Shown here one piece after another: positions 22,061 to 32,418 of a stretch of DNA of 64,000 nt. Position 1 is the first letter of the stretch, and each line of letters opens with the position of its first letter. The notes beneath the pieces are model-generated. The model had not been told where the DNA came from and did not search any database. It saw only the letters and a list, made by a program, of their open reading frames with translations. Made by a program: the position numbers and the translations under genes. The DNA comes from a virus: IMG/VR virus record IMGVR_UViG_3300030228_000019; one strand, written 5' to 3'.

Positions 22061-23020
22061 ATGGAGGAAGAATTAAAGAACAGGGTGCCAGTTAACAAGA
22101 ACATTCTTGTTGTTGGTTATGAACATTTTATTTCATCTGATTTAGTTTCACTTTTACAAGCAAAAAATAATAAAGTAACATATAGTCTGGAAGACACTCA
22201 GATTGATTATTCAAAACTATTAGTTGGCTCATATATTACTATTTATAATTCAAAAGAATTTATTTCTGATATTAAAAAAAGTGATATAATTTACTTTTTA
22301 CAATTTGCTAACAGAAATAAAAAAATTGAACAAAAAGAAATTGAAACATTTAAAAAAATAGTAACACTTGTTAAAAATACAGATAAAGATATAAAAATAG
22401 TTTTGTTGAGCAGTATTGATGTATATGGAACAAAAAGAAAAGATGAAACTTGTTTTGTTGATAGCCCACTATCACCAAATAATTATAATGGTGTAATGCT
22501 TGCATTTGTTGAAGAGTTTTTATTTAATACAATTGAAAATTATTCAATAATAAGAAGTTCTGAAATAATGACCAGAGAAATAATAAAAGAATTTTATCCA
22601 CTTTTTTCTGACTTGTTTAAACAAAAAATATTTTTGATACCTAAAGCATCAAATCATATTAACATGTCAAGTAAATCAACTATATTGTCTGCTTTATTAA
22701 TAGCTGGTGCTGAAGAAAATAAAGAATTTATAATAAATATTACAGAAACACCAAGTCTAACCTTTACTGAATTTTTTGAAAAACTTTATTTTTATGCAAA
22801 AAGAGATTTAAAAATAGAAATACCAAAAAGATATATAAATTTATTTTTATGGAAAACAAAATTTCATAATATACCTAAATTTTTATTTAATGACCAAAAA
22901 ATTTCAACAATAGAAGCCAATACTGCTGATGTGATTTTTAGTTGGAGTTCAGATTTGTTTATACAAAAATTGCTAGAAAATTATAACAAAGCTGTTTCTT
23001 TAGAAAATAAATCTATATAA
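22061..23020 (+). CDS. NAD-dependent epimerase/dehydratase-like protein, degenerate
   Basis: ILVVGYEHFISS, VLLSSIDVYG, SPNNY; lacks the canonical GxxGxxG and the YxxxK lysine. Confidence 0.6.
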   Translation: MEEELKNRVPVNKNILVVGYEHFISSDLVSLLQAKNNKVTYSLEDTQIDYSKLLVGSYITIYNSKEFISDIKKSDIIYFLQFANRNKKIEQKEIETFKKIVTLVKNTDKDIKIVLLSSIDVYGTKRKDETCFVDSPLSPNNYNGVMLAFVEEFLFNTIENYSIIRSSEIMTREIIKEFYPLFSDLFKQKIFLIPKASNHINMSSKSTILSALLIAGAEENKEFIINITETPSLTFTEFFEKLYFYAKRDLKIEIPKRYINLFLWKTKFHNIPKFLFNDQKISTIEANTADVIFSWSSDLFIQKLLENYNKAVSLENKSI

Positions 23021-23475
23021 ATATTTGAAAAAAGAACATCAAGATTATATGGAATATCAGAATTATTATATTCAAAAACATAAGTGCTATCATTAATTGT
23101 TAATTTATTATTTGAATATAATTTGATTAAATCCTTTTTAAAAAAGACAGCTATTTTCTTTGTATTTGTATCTTTTAATATTATTAATGGGATTCTTATG
23201 TTTTTATATGAAAAACTTTTCCATTTATTTATTTGTTTTTCATTAAGACTTGATAGATACAATATCCCTTTTTTTCTTGCTTTTAATTCAGAATTAAAAA
23301 CAACATTTTTAAAAAATACTAAATAATCAGCAACATCAACTCTTTTCATTTTGCTACCACTATCTTTTAACCTTATAATGTAGCTTTCATTTTCATCTTT
23401 TGTCTGTATTGGATATATTTTATTAAATGAATTCACAAACTGTCTTTCAAAGTATTTTCCACTATTAGTCATCAA
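22981..23475 (-). CDS. hjc: Holliday junction resolvase-like (Hjc/RecU) nuclease
   Basis: GKYFERQ...RLKDSGS...ADYLVF...SELK...Q motif order. Confidence 0.65.
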   Translation of the reverse strand: MMTNSGKYFERQFVNSFNKIYPIQTKDENESYIIRLKDSGSKMKRVDVADYLVFFKNVVFNSELKARKKGILYLSSLNEKQINKWKSFSYKNIRIPLIILKDTNTKKIAVFFKKDLIKLYSNNKLTINDSTYVFEYNNSDIPYNLDVLFSNIYIDLFSKETALL

Positions 23476-23527
23476 TATTAAGGTTAAACAAATATTTAAA
23501 TTAAAAAAGTCAATACTTATTGATGAA

Positions 23528-23659
23528 ATGGTTAAAACACAAAGTAAAAAAATAAATAAATTTAAAAAAGAAGCATGCCCATATTGTCATCAAATAATAT
23601 ATTATTATGATATTGCAGAACATTCTGAAGTATGTCTTGGACAACATTTAGATAAATAA
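23528..23659 (+). CDS. Small C2HC zinc-finger protein (43 aa)
   Basis: CPYC-x11-HSEVC; not in the ORF track. Confidence 0.6.
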   Translation: MVKTQSKKINKFKKEACPYCHQIIYYYDIAEHSEVCLGQHLDK

Positions 23660-23671
23660 ACAAAAAATGTA

Positions 23672-25888
23672 ATGATAAAAATGAAAAGTCAAGCAACTGT
23701 TACAACAACATTAATAGTGGTAATAAGTATTGTGTTAGCTTTGATGCTTTTCTTTTTTATTTATGATTTTTATCATCAAACATTTGTAAATCCAACACCA
23801 GCATTAAATATTGCTAATTTTCAGATTTTTGGATTTAAACAAAATTCAGCAAGTGCAGGATATTGCTCTTTTTCATTTAGTTTTACAACAACACAGCCAA
23901 TAAATAATTTTAACAATGAAAAGCTGGGATTTGTTACATCACAGGGATTTACTATTTTTCCAAATTATAATAATCTTACAGAAACCTCTTCTATTGTAAC
24001 TAATGGTGAATATCTATATCAATTTATTGCAAATAATAATTTTATAAACTACAATACAACAATATGCAACTATATTTCAAATGGTATGACAAAAACTGAA
24101 TATATTACTGGAATAAAAAGAAGTATAAACAACAAAATAATTTATCAGCCCTTTACATCAAGTATGCTTTTTACTGTTGATACACCAAATACAAATCCAG
24201 CACAACTATTTGATAAAAATATAATAAGTGTTGCTTCAACTTATAATTTTGGATATATTTTAGTGTCTTCATTAACTAACAGTTCATTTAAACCCATTTA
24301 TGCACCATCTGGTGAATTTTTATATCTTCAAAATGGAAAATATCAAATAGAATATATTTCTGGTTCAGCACCAGTAATATTTTTACAATGGCAGGGTATT
24401 GGTGGTGTTTCAATAACTGATAATCTTGAGCAAATTACAAACATGACTGTTATAAATAATGGTGAAATAAAAATTGACAATTATGAAACAACAGCACCAA
24501 CTTCCCATTTTGTTATTTCTGCAAATAGAACAGAAGCATTACTTAATCAGACAATAAATGTTTCTTCAAATATAGACATGCCTGGCTATTATACTTTTTC
24601 AATAAACAATGTGCCAATCAATAATTGTGTAGATATAACAAATGATTACTGTAAAATAACAGAATCAGCACCTAATACTTACAATGTTTCAGTTACCTTT
24701 AAAAACACCACTTCATATAAAATAGCTATACCAATTTCAATAAAATTTTTATTATACAAAAATTATGTTCCTATAACTTTTACTAACACACAATCAGATG
24801 CAACCCCTTCACCATTTCAGCAAATGTTTATATTTAATCCTTCAAATTATAGCAATTTTATAAATAATAATTTAGGTAATGTAAGATTCTTTTATGGCAG
24901 CACTCCAATTCATAGTTGGTGTGAATATGGATGTTCAAACACCTCAACATATTCAATAATTTGGTTGAACATACCACAAGGAATTAATAGTAAAAGTGCA
25001 ATAACAATAAATATGTCTTTTTTAAATATGAAAACAAATTATGATGGCAATATTGCAGGTGAAGCACCAGTTTTACCAAATACATTTGGTCAGCATGAGT
25101 CCTCATATGCTGCACATGATAATGGTGCTAAGGTATTTGAGTATTATGAAAACTTTGCAGGTTCACACTCATTTCCTTATGACAATTATTATGCAAACCA
25201 TACACAGTATGCTCATATTGATAATGGTTTGTATATAAATGCCAGTGGGGGTGGAACAAATGGAAATTATATATATACCAGCACCACATTTCCAACTGGA
25301 GTTTTTGGTTATTATTTCAACAGTGGTGCTGCTGCTGGTGGAGTTAGAAACTATCAAGGAGTTTATTATAGTTCATCTGAATTTCCAACTACTCCAGCAA
25401 TTGGAACAGCTTGGTATTATGCTGCTTTTGGTTATGATTATGTTGCAAATATACAAATGTTTATGGATAATGATAGTATAAATGGAAATATGAATTCTGC
25501 AACACAATATGGAGTCTCAACTTCTTGGCTGGGGAATCAGTTCTATTCAACATTTTCAATAAATCCATCTGGTTATTTAACAAATGCCTTTTTCTTAGGA
25601 CCATATTATAATTATCCACATCCAGCAAATGCTACAAATCCTGATGTTGGAATATTTAACATTAAACCAACACCATCAAACAATCCACCATATGGCTGGG
25701 CTACACCTGAAAACATTACAAGCTATTATGTTTATTTAAATAAAACATATGATGGAACACCAATAACAACAGGGCATTTAATTATATATCCACACACAGG
25801 CAGCACTAGTGTATGGTATTATATATTTGAAGCAGCATATCCTCCAAATGGAGTTATGCCAAGTATAAAAATAGGAAATGTTCAATAA
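23672..25888 (+). CDS. Pilin-like adhesin with DUF2341-like domain
   Basis: MKS/QAT plus hydrophobic helix; N-domain resembles ORF 17572; YVPITFTNTQ...PFQQ...GNVRF...SWCE...WL...DNGAKVF. Confidence 0.75.
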   Translation: MIKMKSQATVTTTLIVVISIVLALMLFFFIYDFYHQTFVNPTPALNIANFQIFGFKQNSASAGYCSFSFSFTTTQPINNFNNEKLGFVTSQGFTIFPNYNNLTETSSIVTNGEYLYQFIANNNFINYNTTICNYISNGMTKTEYITGIKRSINNKIIYQPFTSSMLFTVDTPNTNPAQLFDKNIISVASTYNFGYILVSSLTNSSFKPIYAPSGEFLYLQNGKYQIEYISGSAPVIFLQWQGIGGVSITDNLEQITNMTVINNGEIKIDNYETTAPTSHFVISANRTEALLNQTINVSSNIDMPGYYTFSINNVPINNCVDITNDYCKITESAPNTYNVSVTFKNTTSYKIAIPISIKFLLYKNYVPITFTNTQSDATPSPFQQMFIFNPSNYSNFINNNLGNVRFFYGSTPIHSWCEYGCSNTSTYSIIWLNIPQGINSKSAITINMSFLNMKTNYDGNIAGEAPVLPNTFGQHESSYAAHDNGAKVFEYYENFAGSHSFPYDNYYANHTQYAHIDNGLYINASGGGTNGNYIYTSTTFPTGVFGYYFNSGAAAGGVRNYQGVYYSSSEFPTTPAIGTAWYYAAFGYDYVANIQMFMDNDSINGNMNSATQYGVSTSWLGNQFYSTFSINPSGYLTNAFFLGPYYNYPHPANATNPDVGIFNIKPTPSNNPPYGWATPENITSYYVYLNKTYDGTPITTGHLIIYPHTGSTSVWYYIFEAAYPPNGVMPSIKIGNVQ

Positions 25889-25893
25889 ATAAA

Positions 25894-26166
25894 TTATTCT
25901 AATTCTTCAAGTGAACTTTTTATTATATCAAAAAAGTTTTCTTTAACCATTTTCTGTATATTCCTTTCAACTGATTTTTCAAATTCTTTTTGATTAAAAC
26001 TTATTTTCATTCCATACAAATCAACTGCTGCTTTTATTGCAATTACTTTTATTTTATTGTCATCAAGCTTTAGTTTAATTTCCATAGTATCAATGTTGTT
26101 TTTATAAAAAACCTTAAATTGTTTTTTTAAATGGTTATTGTAAAAAGATATTGTGAAAAACCTCAA
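25894..26166 (-). CDS. Hypothetical protein
   Basis: 90-aa ORF; likely real start downstream at MEIK. Confidence 0.5.
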   Translation of the reverse strand: MRFFTISFYNNHLKKQFKVFYKNNIDTMEIKLKLDDNKIKVIAIKAAVDLYGMKISFNQKEFEKSVERNIQKMVKENFFDIIKSSLEELE

Positions 26167-28696
26167 GGGTCAAGTTACTATACCTTATATATTAATAGTG
26201 GTTATTGTTCTTGTTGTGGCTGTAGTATCTTTACTTTTATATTCTACACTGATTTCACACTCAGTAACATCAAAAACACTTTTACAAATAACAAACTTTT
26301 CATCAAGCAATATTTATAATGGAAACCAAAGTTTTTATTTTAATATTTTAACAAATAAAAATGTTTTTATAAAAGGAAACAACTACACCTTAAATGAAAA
26401 AATCAAATTTACCAATGGAACAAGTCTTGATGTTGCAAAAAACTTTACTTTAGTATTAGATGAAAATATTTCTCCCACAGTAAAATTTTATCAATTTTTT
26501 ACAACAAATGTAATTACTTCTAATTTTTCAGGAATTGCAACTGTATCTTTAGAATTCTTAAAAAATAATGTTTCTTCTTTTATTTATCCAACATCACCTG
26601 TTTCTGATAGTGTCAGTGTTTATTCAAAAAATTCAACAGCAAATCTCCCATATTTTCTTTTAACAACAAATACAACACCACCAAACACAGGTCTTACAAC
26701 ACCAGCATCTGAATATTTTCATGAAGGAACAATAATAAACATTAATGCAACCCCTAAACCTGGTTATGGATTTATAAGCTGGTTTGGAAGTGGAAAAGGT
26801 AATTATACAGGAGAAGTTCAAAATATGTCATTTGTTTTAGAATCAAACACCAGTGAAATTGCCATGTTTGGTTTACTTGCTCCATTGTATATAAAATCAA
26901 CCTATCCTGGTCTTTCTGTAAAACTTGGTGGACAAGTTTATACAACAAATGCATCAACTGTTTTAACAGAAGGCAATGAATATACATATCTATTTCCAAC
27001 AACATATACTTCTTCAACTGGGGTTTTTTATAATTTAAAATATGTAAGCAACTGTGGAACAGATACTAATTCAACTGGAACAATTTTTATGTCACCCTCT
27101 TATGCAAACTGTTCTTTGACTGGTTATTACAATGTATTAGTTCCAATCAACATAAATATAAATAATATTGGAAGTGAAATTTCAGGAACTTCTGTGCAAA
27201 TAACTTTTGCAAATGGCAGCACAAGCAGTTGCTCTGCAAGTTGTAAATATATGGCACAGGTTGGACAACAAATAAAATTATATGCTATAAGTTCAAGTAA
27301 TGGTTATTTTAATAACTATACTGGAACTGGAACAGGGAGTTATAGTGGAACAAATAAAACTATTACACTAACAGTTTCAAATCCAATAACAGAAATTGCT
27401 AATTTTATTCCTGGAGAAACTGTTTTTATAGCATCTAGTTCACAAGTTTCAGGAAATATAAATAATAAAATACCAATAACAACAAATACAACAATAACAT
27501 TACCTGCTAATAGACCATTTAATTTTACAAGTAATGGTATTTTATTACCTGGTTTTATTTTAAAAAATTGGGGAACAAGATTAGATTATTCAATTAATTC
27601 AAGCAAAACAAGCTGTTTAAATTCTGGAAACATATTTACAGCAACAAATAAAACAAATTCAACCAGAACAGAATGCTCTGTTTATTTTTCACCACCAACT
27701 ATACAGTATGCTATTATATTTAAAGAGACATTGAATGGAATAAATACAACTGGATTTCCATATGGAAATGTATTTTTTGACAATGGAACTGAAGCACAAA
27801 CTGTAAACTGGATAAATGCAAATACAGTTGTTCAATTCTATGGAACAAATAATGAAGGAAATTATGGATTTAAAAATTTTACAACAATAAGTGGCACTAT
27901 AAATGGAACAACTGTTAATACTGGTTTTTCTGGAATTGATTCAGTCCCCACAACACAACCAACCAATATTAATTGTCAATGCAGCAATTATAATCAGTTC
28001 TTTGAAACCCAGGGTTATTCCTTTGCTTGGTATCAATATAATTACAGCACACCAACTGTAAATATAACTAGTCCAATAATTGAACAAGCAAATTATGTTA
28101 AAACTAATAGTGTTATATCTGGAACACAATCTATAACAATTAATTATAACTATTATAATATATCAGAAGATTATTCATCTAGTAGCAGCAATCAGTGGGA
28201 TTATTATTTGTCTAGTTATACAACAAAAAGTGGGCAGTTAACTATAAATGAAACATTAACAACACCAATAAGTAATTACACAGCAGGAATTGGAACATAT
28301 AATATTTATTATGAAGGGACCAATGAATTATTTGTATCACTCACAACCAACCCTGACACTTTTATGTATAATTTAAATGTGGTTAACAGTAAATCCTTTT
28401 TTGCAATGTCACCTGAATTTAAAAATATATTTAATTCAATTAATAGTTATATGAATAATAAATTTCCATATATTAGGACTAATGTTGGACCATATGATTA
28501 TAATATAAAATACATTAGTTTTAGTTATACATTTGACAATATGACAGTTTATGAAAATTATGGTAAACCAACTGGGTCTGGTCAGTATTGTGGAGATTTG
28601 TCTTATGAAAATACAGGAGGTTCCACTGAATGGGTGTTATGTTCAACCAGATTTGCTTTTTCAAACACTTATGCTGGACAATATTTATATTACTAG
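26153..28696 (+). CDS. Pilin-like adhesin with InlB-B-repeat-like modules
   Basis: MKNLKG/QVTIPY plus hydrophobic helix; ATPKPGYGFISWFGSG..YTG and NYTGTGTGSYSG...ITEIANF repeats. Confidence 0.75.
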   Translation: MKNLKGQVTIPYILIVVIVLVVAVVSLLLYSTLISHSVTSKTLLQITNFSSSNIYNGNQSFYFNILTNKNVFIKGNNYTLNEKIKFTNGTSLDVAKNFTLVLDENISPTVKFYQFFTTNVITSNFSGIATVSLEFLKNNVSSFIYPTSPVSDSVSVYSKNSTANLPYFLLTTNTTPPNTGLTTPASEYFHEGTIININATPKPGYGFISWFGSGKGNYTGEVQNMSFVLESNTSEIAMFGLLAPLYIKSTYPGLSVKLGGQVYTTNASTVLTEGNEYTYLFPTTYTSSTGVFYNLKYVSNCGTDTNSTGTIFMSPSYANCSLTGYYNVLVPINININNIGSEISGTSVQITFANGSTSSCSASCKYMAQVGQQIKLYAISSSNGYFNNYTGTGTGSYSGTNKTITLTVSNPITEIANFIPGETVFIASSSQVSGNINNKIPITTNTTITLPANRPFNFTSNGILLPGFILKNWGTRLDYSINSSKTSCLNSGNIFTATNKTNSTRTECSVYFSPPTIQYAIIFKETLNGINTTGFPYGNVFFDNGTEAQTVNWINANTVVQFYGTNNEGNYGFKNFTTISGTINGTTVNTGFSGIDSVPTTQPTNINCQCSNYNQFFETQGYSFAWYQYNYSTPTVNITSPIIEQANYVKTNSVISGTQSITINYNYYNISEDYSSSSSNQWDYYLSSYTTKSGQLTINETLTTPISNYTAGIGTYNIYYEGTNELFVSLTTNPDTFMYNLNVVNSKSFFAMSPEFKNIFNSINSYMNNKFPYIRTNVGPYDYNIKYISFSYTFDNMTVYENYGKPTGSGQYCGDLSYENTGGSTEWVLCSTRFAFSNTYAGQYLYY
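27180..27218 (+). repeat. 39-bp exact repeat, inverted copy at 50866-50904
   Basis: TTTCAGGAACTTCTGTGCAAATAACTTTTGCAAATGGCA is identical in both adhesin genes and in the same reading frame. Confidence 0.9.
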
Positions 28697-28883
28697 AAGG
28701 TCTATTATTTAAAATAAAAACAGTTTATAAAAAAATATTTATTGTTTTTATTTGTGTGGTGTTCTTGCCACAAATCCTTCTTAGTAATAAAATAAAGATG
28801 CCAAAATCTCTTTCTATCTTTTCTTTGCTAATCTTTTTAGCTGTTATTTTTTAGCTGCTAATAAATATTCATTTAAAAGATTG

Positions 28884-29363
28884 TTAGCTGTTAATTATAT
28901 TTCTAAATAATTCATTAACAAGCTTATTTACTTCATCTTCAAACTCAGTTAATTCTGGATTATTAAAATTAACTTTTATTGTTTCTTCTAGTGAATGTGG
29001 TCTTTCTGGCAAATTAGAAAAAGTATCTTTAAATTCAACTTCCATAAAAACTATTTCAGTTTTTGTTTCTGAAACTGATTCATTTATAATTGCAATAATT
29101 GAAAAATTTGTTTCACTTGGAATCAAAACAGGTCTTATTTTGTTTGGATAAAGTTTTTTAGTTGTTAAATTTATATGAAGTCCAACTTCCAGATTTGTAG
29201 TGAGTGGCAAATCAGGCTGAATAAATACTCTCTTTATAACAAAATCAAAAGGATAAACATGAGTATCTTCTATATTTTTATCATTTGGAAGTAAGAATTT
29301 GCCAATAATAACAGCCCCTTCTTTTGTATCCTTTTTAATTAAAAAATCAACAGGAATTATCAA
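28884..29363 (-). CDS. Hypothetical protein
   Basis: 159 aa, TTG start after GGTGTGA. Confidence 0.7.
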   Translation of the reverse strand: MIIPVDFLIKKDTKEGAVIIGKFLLPNDKNIEDTHVYPFDFVIKRVFIQPDLPLTTNLEVGLHINLTTKKLYPNKIRPVLIPSETNFSIIAIINESVSETKTEIVFMEVEFKDTFSNLPERPHSLEETIKVNFNNPELTEFEDEVNKLVNELFRNIINS

Positions 29364-29562
29364 TTAATCACACCTTTTTTACTATTACTTTATTATAAAA
29401 TATTTATTATTATATGTCAATATATAATATTTGTTTATTATTTCATTTTTTTTATAAACCTGACTGTTTTCATATGATATATGTTCAAATACCATTTAAA
29501 TGTTTTTATAATACAACTATTTTAAATATCTATTTAAAGATTATAAAATAATAGGTGATTAC

Positions 29563-29750
29563 CTGAACAAAGAAAATGAAGAAATATTAAAAAACAGAAT
29601 ATATGATTTTTTAATCAGATGGAGTTAACTAATCAAACAGTAACCTTTGAAGAATTAATCAACCACTTTAAAGAAGATTCAATAAATGAAGTGCTAAAAA
29701 TAGTTAAAGAAATGATTAAGAATAAAGAACTAAATATAAAAAATAGATGA
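29563..29750 (+). pseudogene. Small helical (wHTH-like) gene split by a -1 frameshift at T TTT TTA
   Basis: GGTGA RBS plus CTG start; frame 1 stops after 21 codons; the -1 frame (MELTNQTVTFEELINHF...) ends in an ATGA overlap with the Fic gene. Confidence 0.45.
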
Positions 29751-30430
29751 ATGATTTCATGGTTAGAAAAATGACATGGAAAGAGTTTGCTGTTTCTTTT
29801 ACCTACAATACAAATAAGATTGAGGGAAGCAAATTAAGTTTTGATGATGTTAAAACTATAATTTATAAAAATATAATACCAATAAATGCAGATAGAAATG
29901 ACATTGAGGAATGCTATGGTTTATATAATGCAATAAATGCTATTAAACTTTTAGCAACATCAACAAATATTATTTTATCACCAGCTTTTATTAAAGAGAT
30001 ACATTATATGGTATTTTTAAAAACTAAACCATTTGCAGGAAAATTTAGAGAAAAGCCAGCTGAAAATGTTGTAATTGTAAATAATTATGGAAACATTTTA
30101 GCAACACCACCTTCATCTGAAAAAGTAGTATCAGAAATAACAGACCTTTGCAATACAACAAACATACTAAATGAAAATAAGGATGAGCCATTTAAATTTC
30201 ATATAGGGTTTGAAAATATTCATCCTTTTATGGATGGAAATGGAAGAGTTGGAAGACTACTTTTAAATTTTATGTTGTTACAAAGAAAAATGAATCCCAT
30301 AGACATAGAATTTGAAAACAGACTTATTTATTATAGCTGTCTTGAAATGCCCTCTGAGGATTATATTAAGGCACTTAAAAAACTTTATGAAAAAGAACAA
30401 GTAGAAATACTTATACCTAAACCACAATAA
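29747..30430 (+). CDS. Fic-domain protein
   Basis: TNKIEGS and the canonical HPFMDGNGRVGR. Confidence 0.92.
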   Translation: MNDFMVRKMTWKEFAVSFTYNTNKIEGSKLSFDDVKTIIYKNIIPINADRNDIEECYGLYNAINAIKLLATSTNIILSPAFIKEIHYMVFLKTKPFAGKFREKPAENVVIVNNYGNILATPPSSEKVVSEITDLCNTTNILNENKDEPFKFHIGFENIHPFMDGNGRVGRLLLNFMLLQRKMNPIDIEFENRLIYYSCLEMPSEDYIKALKKLYEKEQVEILIPKPQ

Positions 30431-30492
30431 ATTAAATAAAATAAAAAATATAACATTCATAATTTTATAAAAGAACAGTTACAGTGGTTATC

Positions 30493-30809
30493 ATGCTACA
30501 AAAATACATGAAATACATTTAAATATATATTGAGCATATAAACTATGATAATATGAAAAAGAAAATTTAGTTAGAATTTATTTTAAAAAATATGATTCAA
30601 TGTTTGATGAGTATGACACTGAAACATTTGGTCTTATTAAAACCAATATTGAAGAATCTGCTACTCTGAAAAAATTATATAATGAATATATAGACACCAT
30701 GAATATAAAAAGAAATAATATAATTGAATTTTGCAATTTTCTAAAAACTAAAAATTATAATGCAACACCTGTATTTTTAGAGTTTGAACTATGTGTGGAT
30801 GATGTTTAA
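30493..30809 (+). pseudogene. Disrupted hypothetical gene (only 30600-30809 open)
   Basis: Coding-like sequence continues upstream of 30600 through a frameshift and an in-frame TAA to an ATG at 30493. Confidence 0.4.
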
Positions 30810-30916
30810 TTTTAAAATAAGAATACTTGCAAGGAAGTATAATACCTGATTATACCAAAGTCTCATACTAAAATATAGAGGTAATATTTAAATATATTCA
30901 CAACAGTCATAATAAT

Positions 30917-31351
30917 ATGAATAATTTAAAAAGTATTACAAGACAGGAACTTGCCTATAATTATCACCAGCTTGGCTTTTATTTAACTGATGAAAAAACA
31001 AAAAAAGGAAAAATACTTTCTATTGAAGAGACCATTTTTTTAATGAGTTTTAGCAAAAATCCAAGAGTAAAATATGGGGCATTTCCAATATTATATAGAT
31101 GGGGATATAAAATAAATACAAAAAAATTATATGAATTATATAGTGATAAAAATAGAACTTTTATGCTAAAAGGAATAATAAAAGCAGTTTTACCATATTT
31201 GCTAAAAAATCCAACACCTAAAAACATACTGGCTGCCTTCAAGTTTAAAAGCCTAATTGTAACAAAAATAAATTATAAATATTTTTATAGCTTTAATAAC
31301 CAGTTGATTTCAAAATACATTGACTTATATGGAAGTGATAGATATGATTGA
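30917..31351 (+). CDS. Hypothetical protein, probable partner of the downstream nucleotidyltransferase
   Basis: 144 aa, own TATA box, directly upstream of the DUF6036-like gene. Confidence 0.7.
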   Translation: MNNLKSITRQELAYNYHQLGFYLTDEKTKKGKILSIEETIFLMSFSKNPRVKYGAFPILYRWGYKINTKKLYELYSDKNRTFMLKGIIKAVLPYLLKNPTPKNILAAFKFKSLIVTKINYKYFYSFNNQLISKYIDLYGSDRYD

Positions 31352-31409
31352 TAAACCAGAACTATTAAATGATACATATTAGGAGATTTTGAATCAAGAA
31401 GGTGATTAA

Positions 31410-31949
31410 CTGAATAATTTAACAAAAATTACAAAAAAGAAGCTTTTGAGATATATTGATTTACTTAATACAAAACTATTTGATAATAAACTAAAAAATA
31501 AAACACAATTAGTTGCCATTGGTCAAACAGCAATGATGCTGTTAGGGTTTACTAAAACAACAGATGACCTTGATTTTAATATTCCAAATAAAGAAGATTA
31601 TTTAATATTTAAAACACTTTATATTCAACTGAAAGCAAATTTTCCAAAGATTGATATTTGTTCAGAAAACAGTATTTTTTCAACATTTGTTCCAGAAGAT
31701 TATATTAACAAAATATTACTATACAGATTATATAATAATATTGAACTTTATATTTTAAATCCAATAGATATTATTTGCACAAAGATTGCAGCAGGAAGAG
31801 AGACTGATGTTGAAGATATTAAAATTATGCAAAAAAAATATCATTTTAAAAGAGAAGAAATACTCAGAAGATTAAAAGAATATCAGTTTGCAGGAAATGA
31901 TAATATTGCTTTTAAAAATTTTGATGCTGTTAGTTATTTATTCAATTAA
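31410..31949 (+). CDS. DUF6036-like nucleotidyltransferase
   Basis: AIGQTAM...TTDDLDF...PIDIICTKIAAGRETDVEDI; I extend the start to an in-frame CTG after AGGTGA. Confidence 0.75.
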   Translation: MNNLTKITKKKLLRYIDLLNTKLFDNKLKNKTQLVAIGQTAMMLLGFTKTTDDLDFNIPNKEDYLIFKTLYIQLKANFPKIDICSENSIFSTFVPEDYINKILLYRLYNNIELYILNPIDIICTKIAAGRETDVEDIKIMQKKYHFKREEILRRLKEYQFAGNDNIAFKNFDAVSYLFN

Positions 31950-31973
31950 AAAAGAGAAGATAAAGAAATTTTT

Positions 31974-32225
31974 ATGACTTTATATGATGAAGAGGTTAAA
32001 AAATTAAATACATACATGCAAAGAGAAAATAAAACCAACAAGCAAATACTTGTATTTGACTCTGTAAAAGAAAATGGTCTTATAATATCTTTTCAAAAAA
32101 TGGAAAATAACTCATTAAAAATAAAAATGGGAAATGAAAAAATAAACACAGCATGTTTTGTTGTTCTTGAAAAAGAGCAAGTTGAAGATGTTAGAAAACT
32201 TATAGAACTTTCTTTAAAAAAGTAG
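31974..32225 (+). CDS. Hypothetical protein
   Basis: 83-aa ORF. Confidence 0.65.
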   Translation: MTLYDEEVKKLNTYMQRENKTNKQILVFDSVKENGLIISFQKMENNSLKIKMGNEKINTACFVVLEKEQVEDVRKLIELSLKK

Positions 32226-32290
32226 TTTTTATTTAATTTTGTAGATATTTATTTTTAAACTATAATTTTAATAAAAGCTGATGTGATATA

Positions 32291-32380
32291 ATGGCTAAAA
32301 CACAAGAAGATACAGATGAAGATGACCTTGATGAGGACTTTGAAGATTTTGATGATGATGGTGAATCTGAAGCTGTCTGA
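32291..32380 (+). CDS. Very acidic 29-aa peptide
   Basis: MAKTQEDTDEDDLDEDFEDFDDDGESEAV; GTGA RBS; not in the ORF track. Confidence 0.6.
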   Translation: MAKTQEDTDEDDLDEDFEDFDDDGESEAV

Positions 32381-32418
32381 AAAATAAATAATTTTAATTT
32401 TTTGTTTTATTTTTTATT

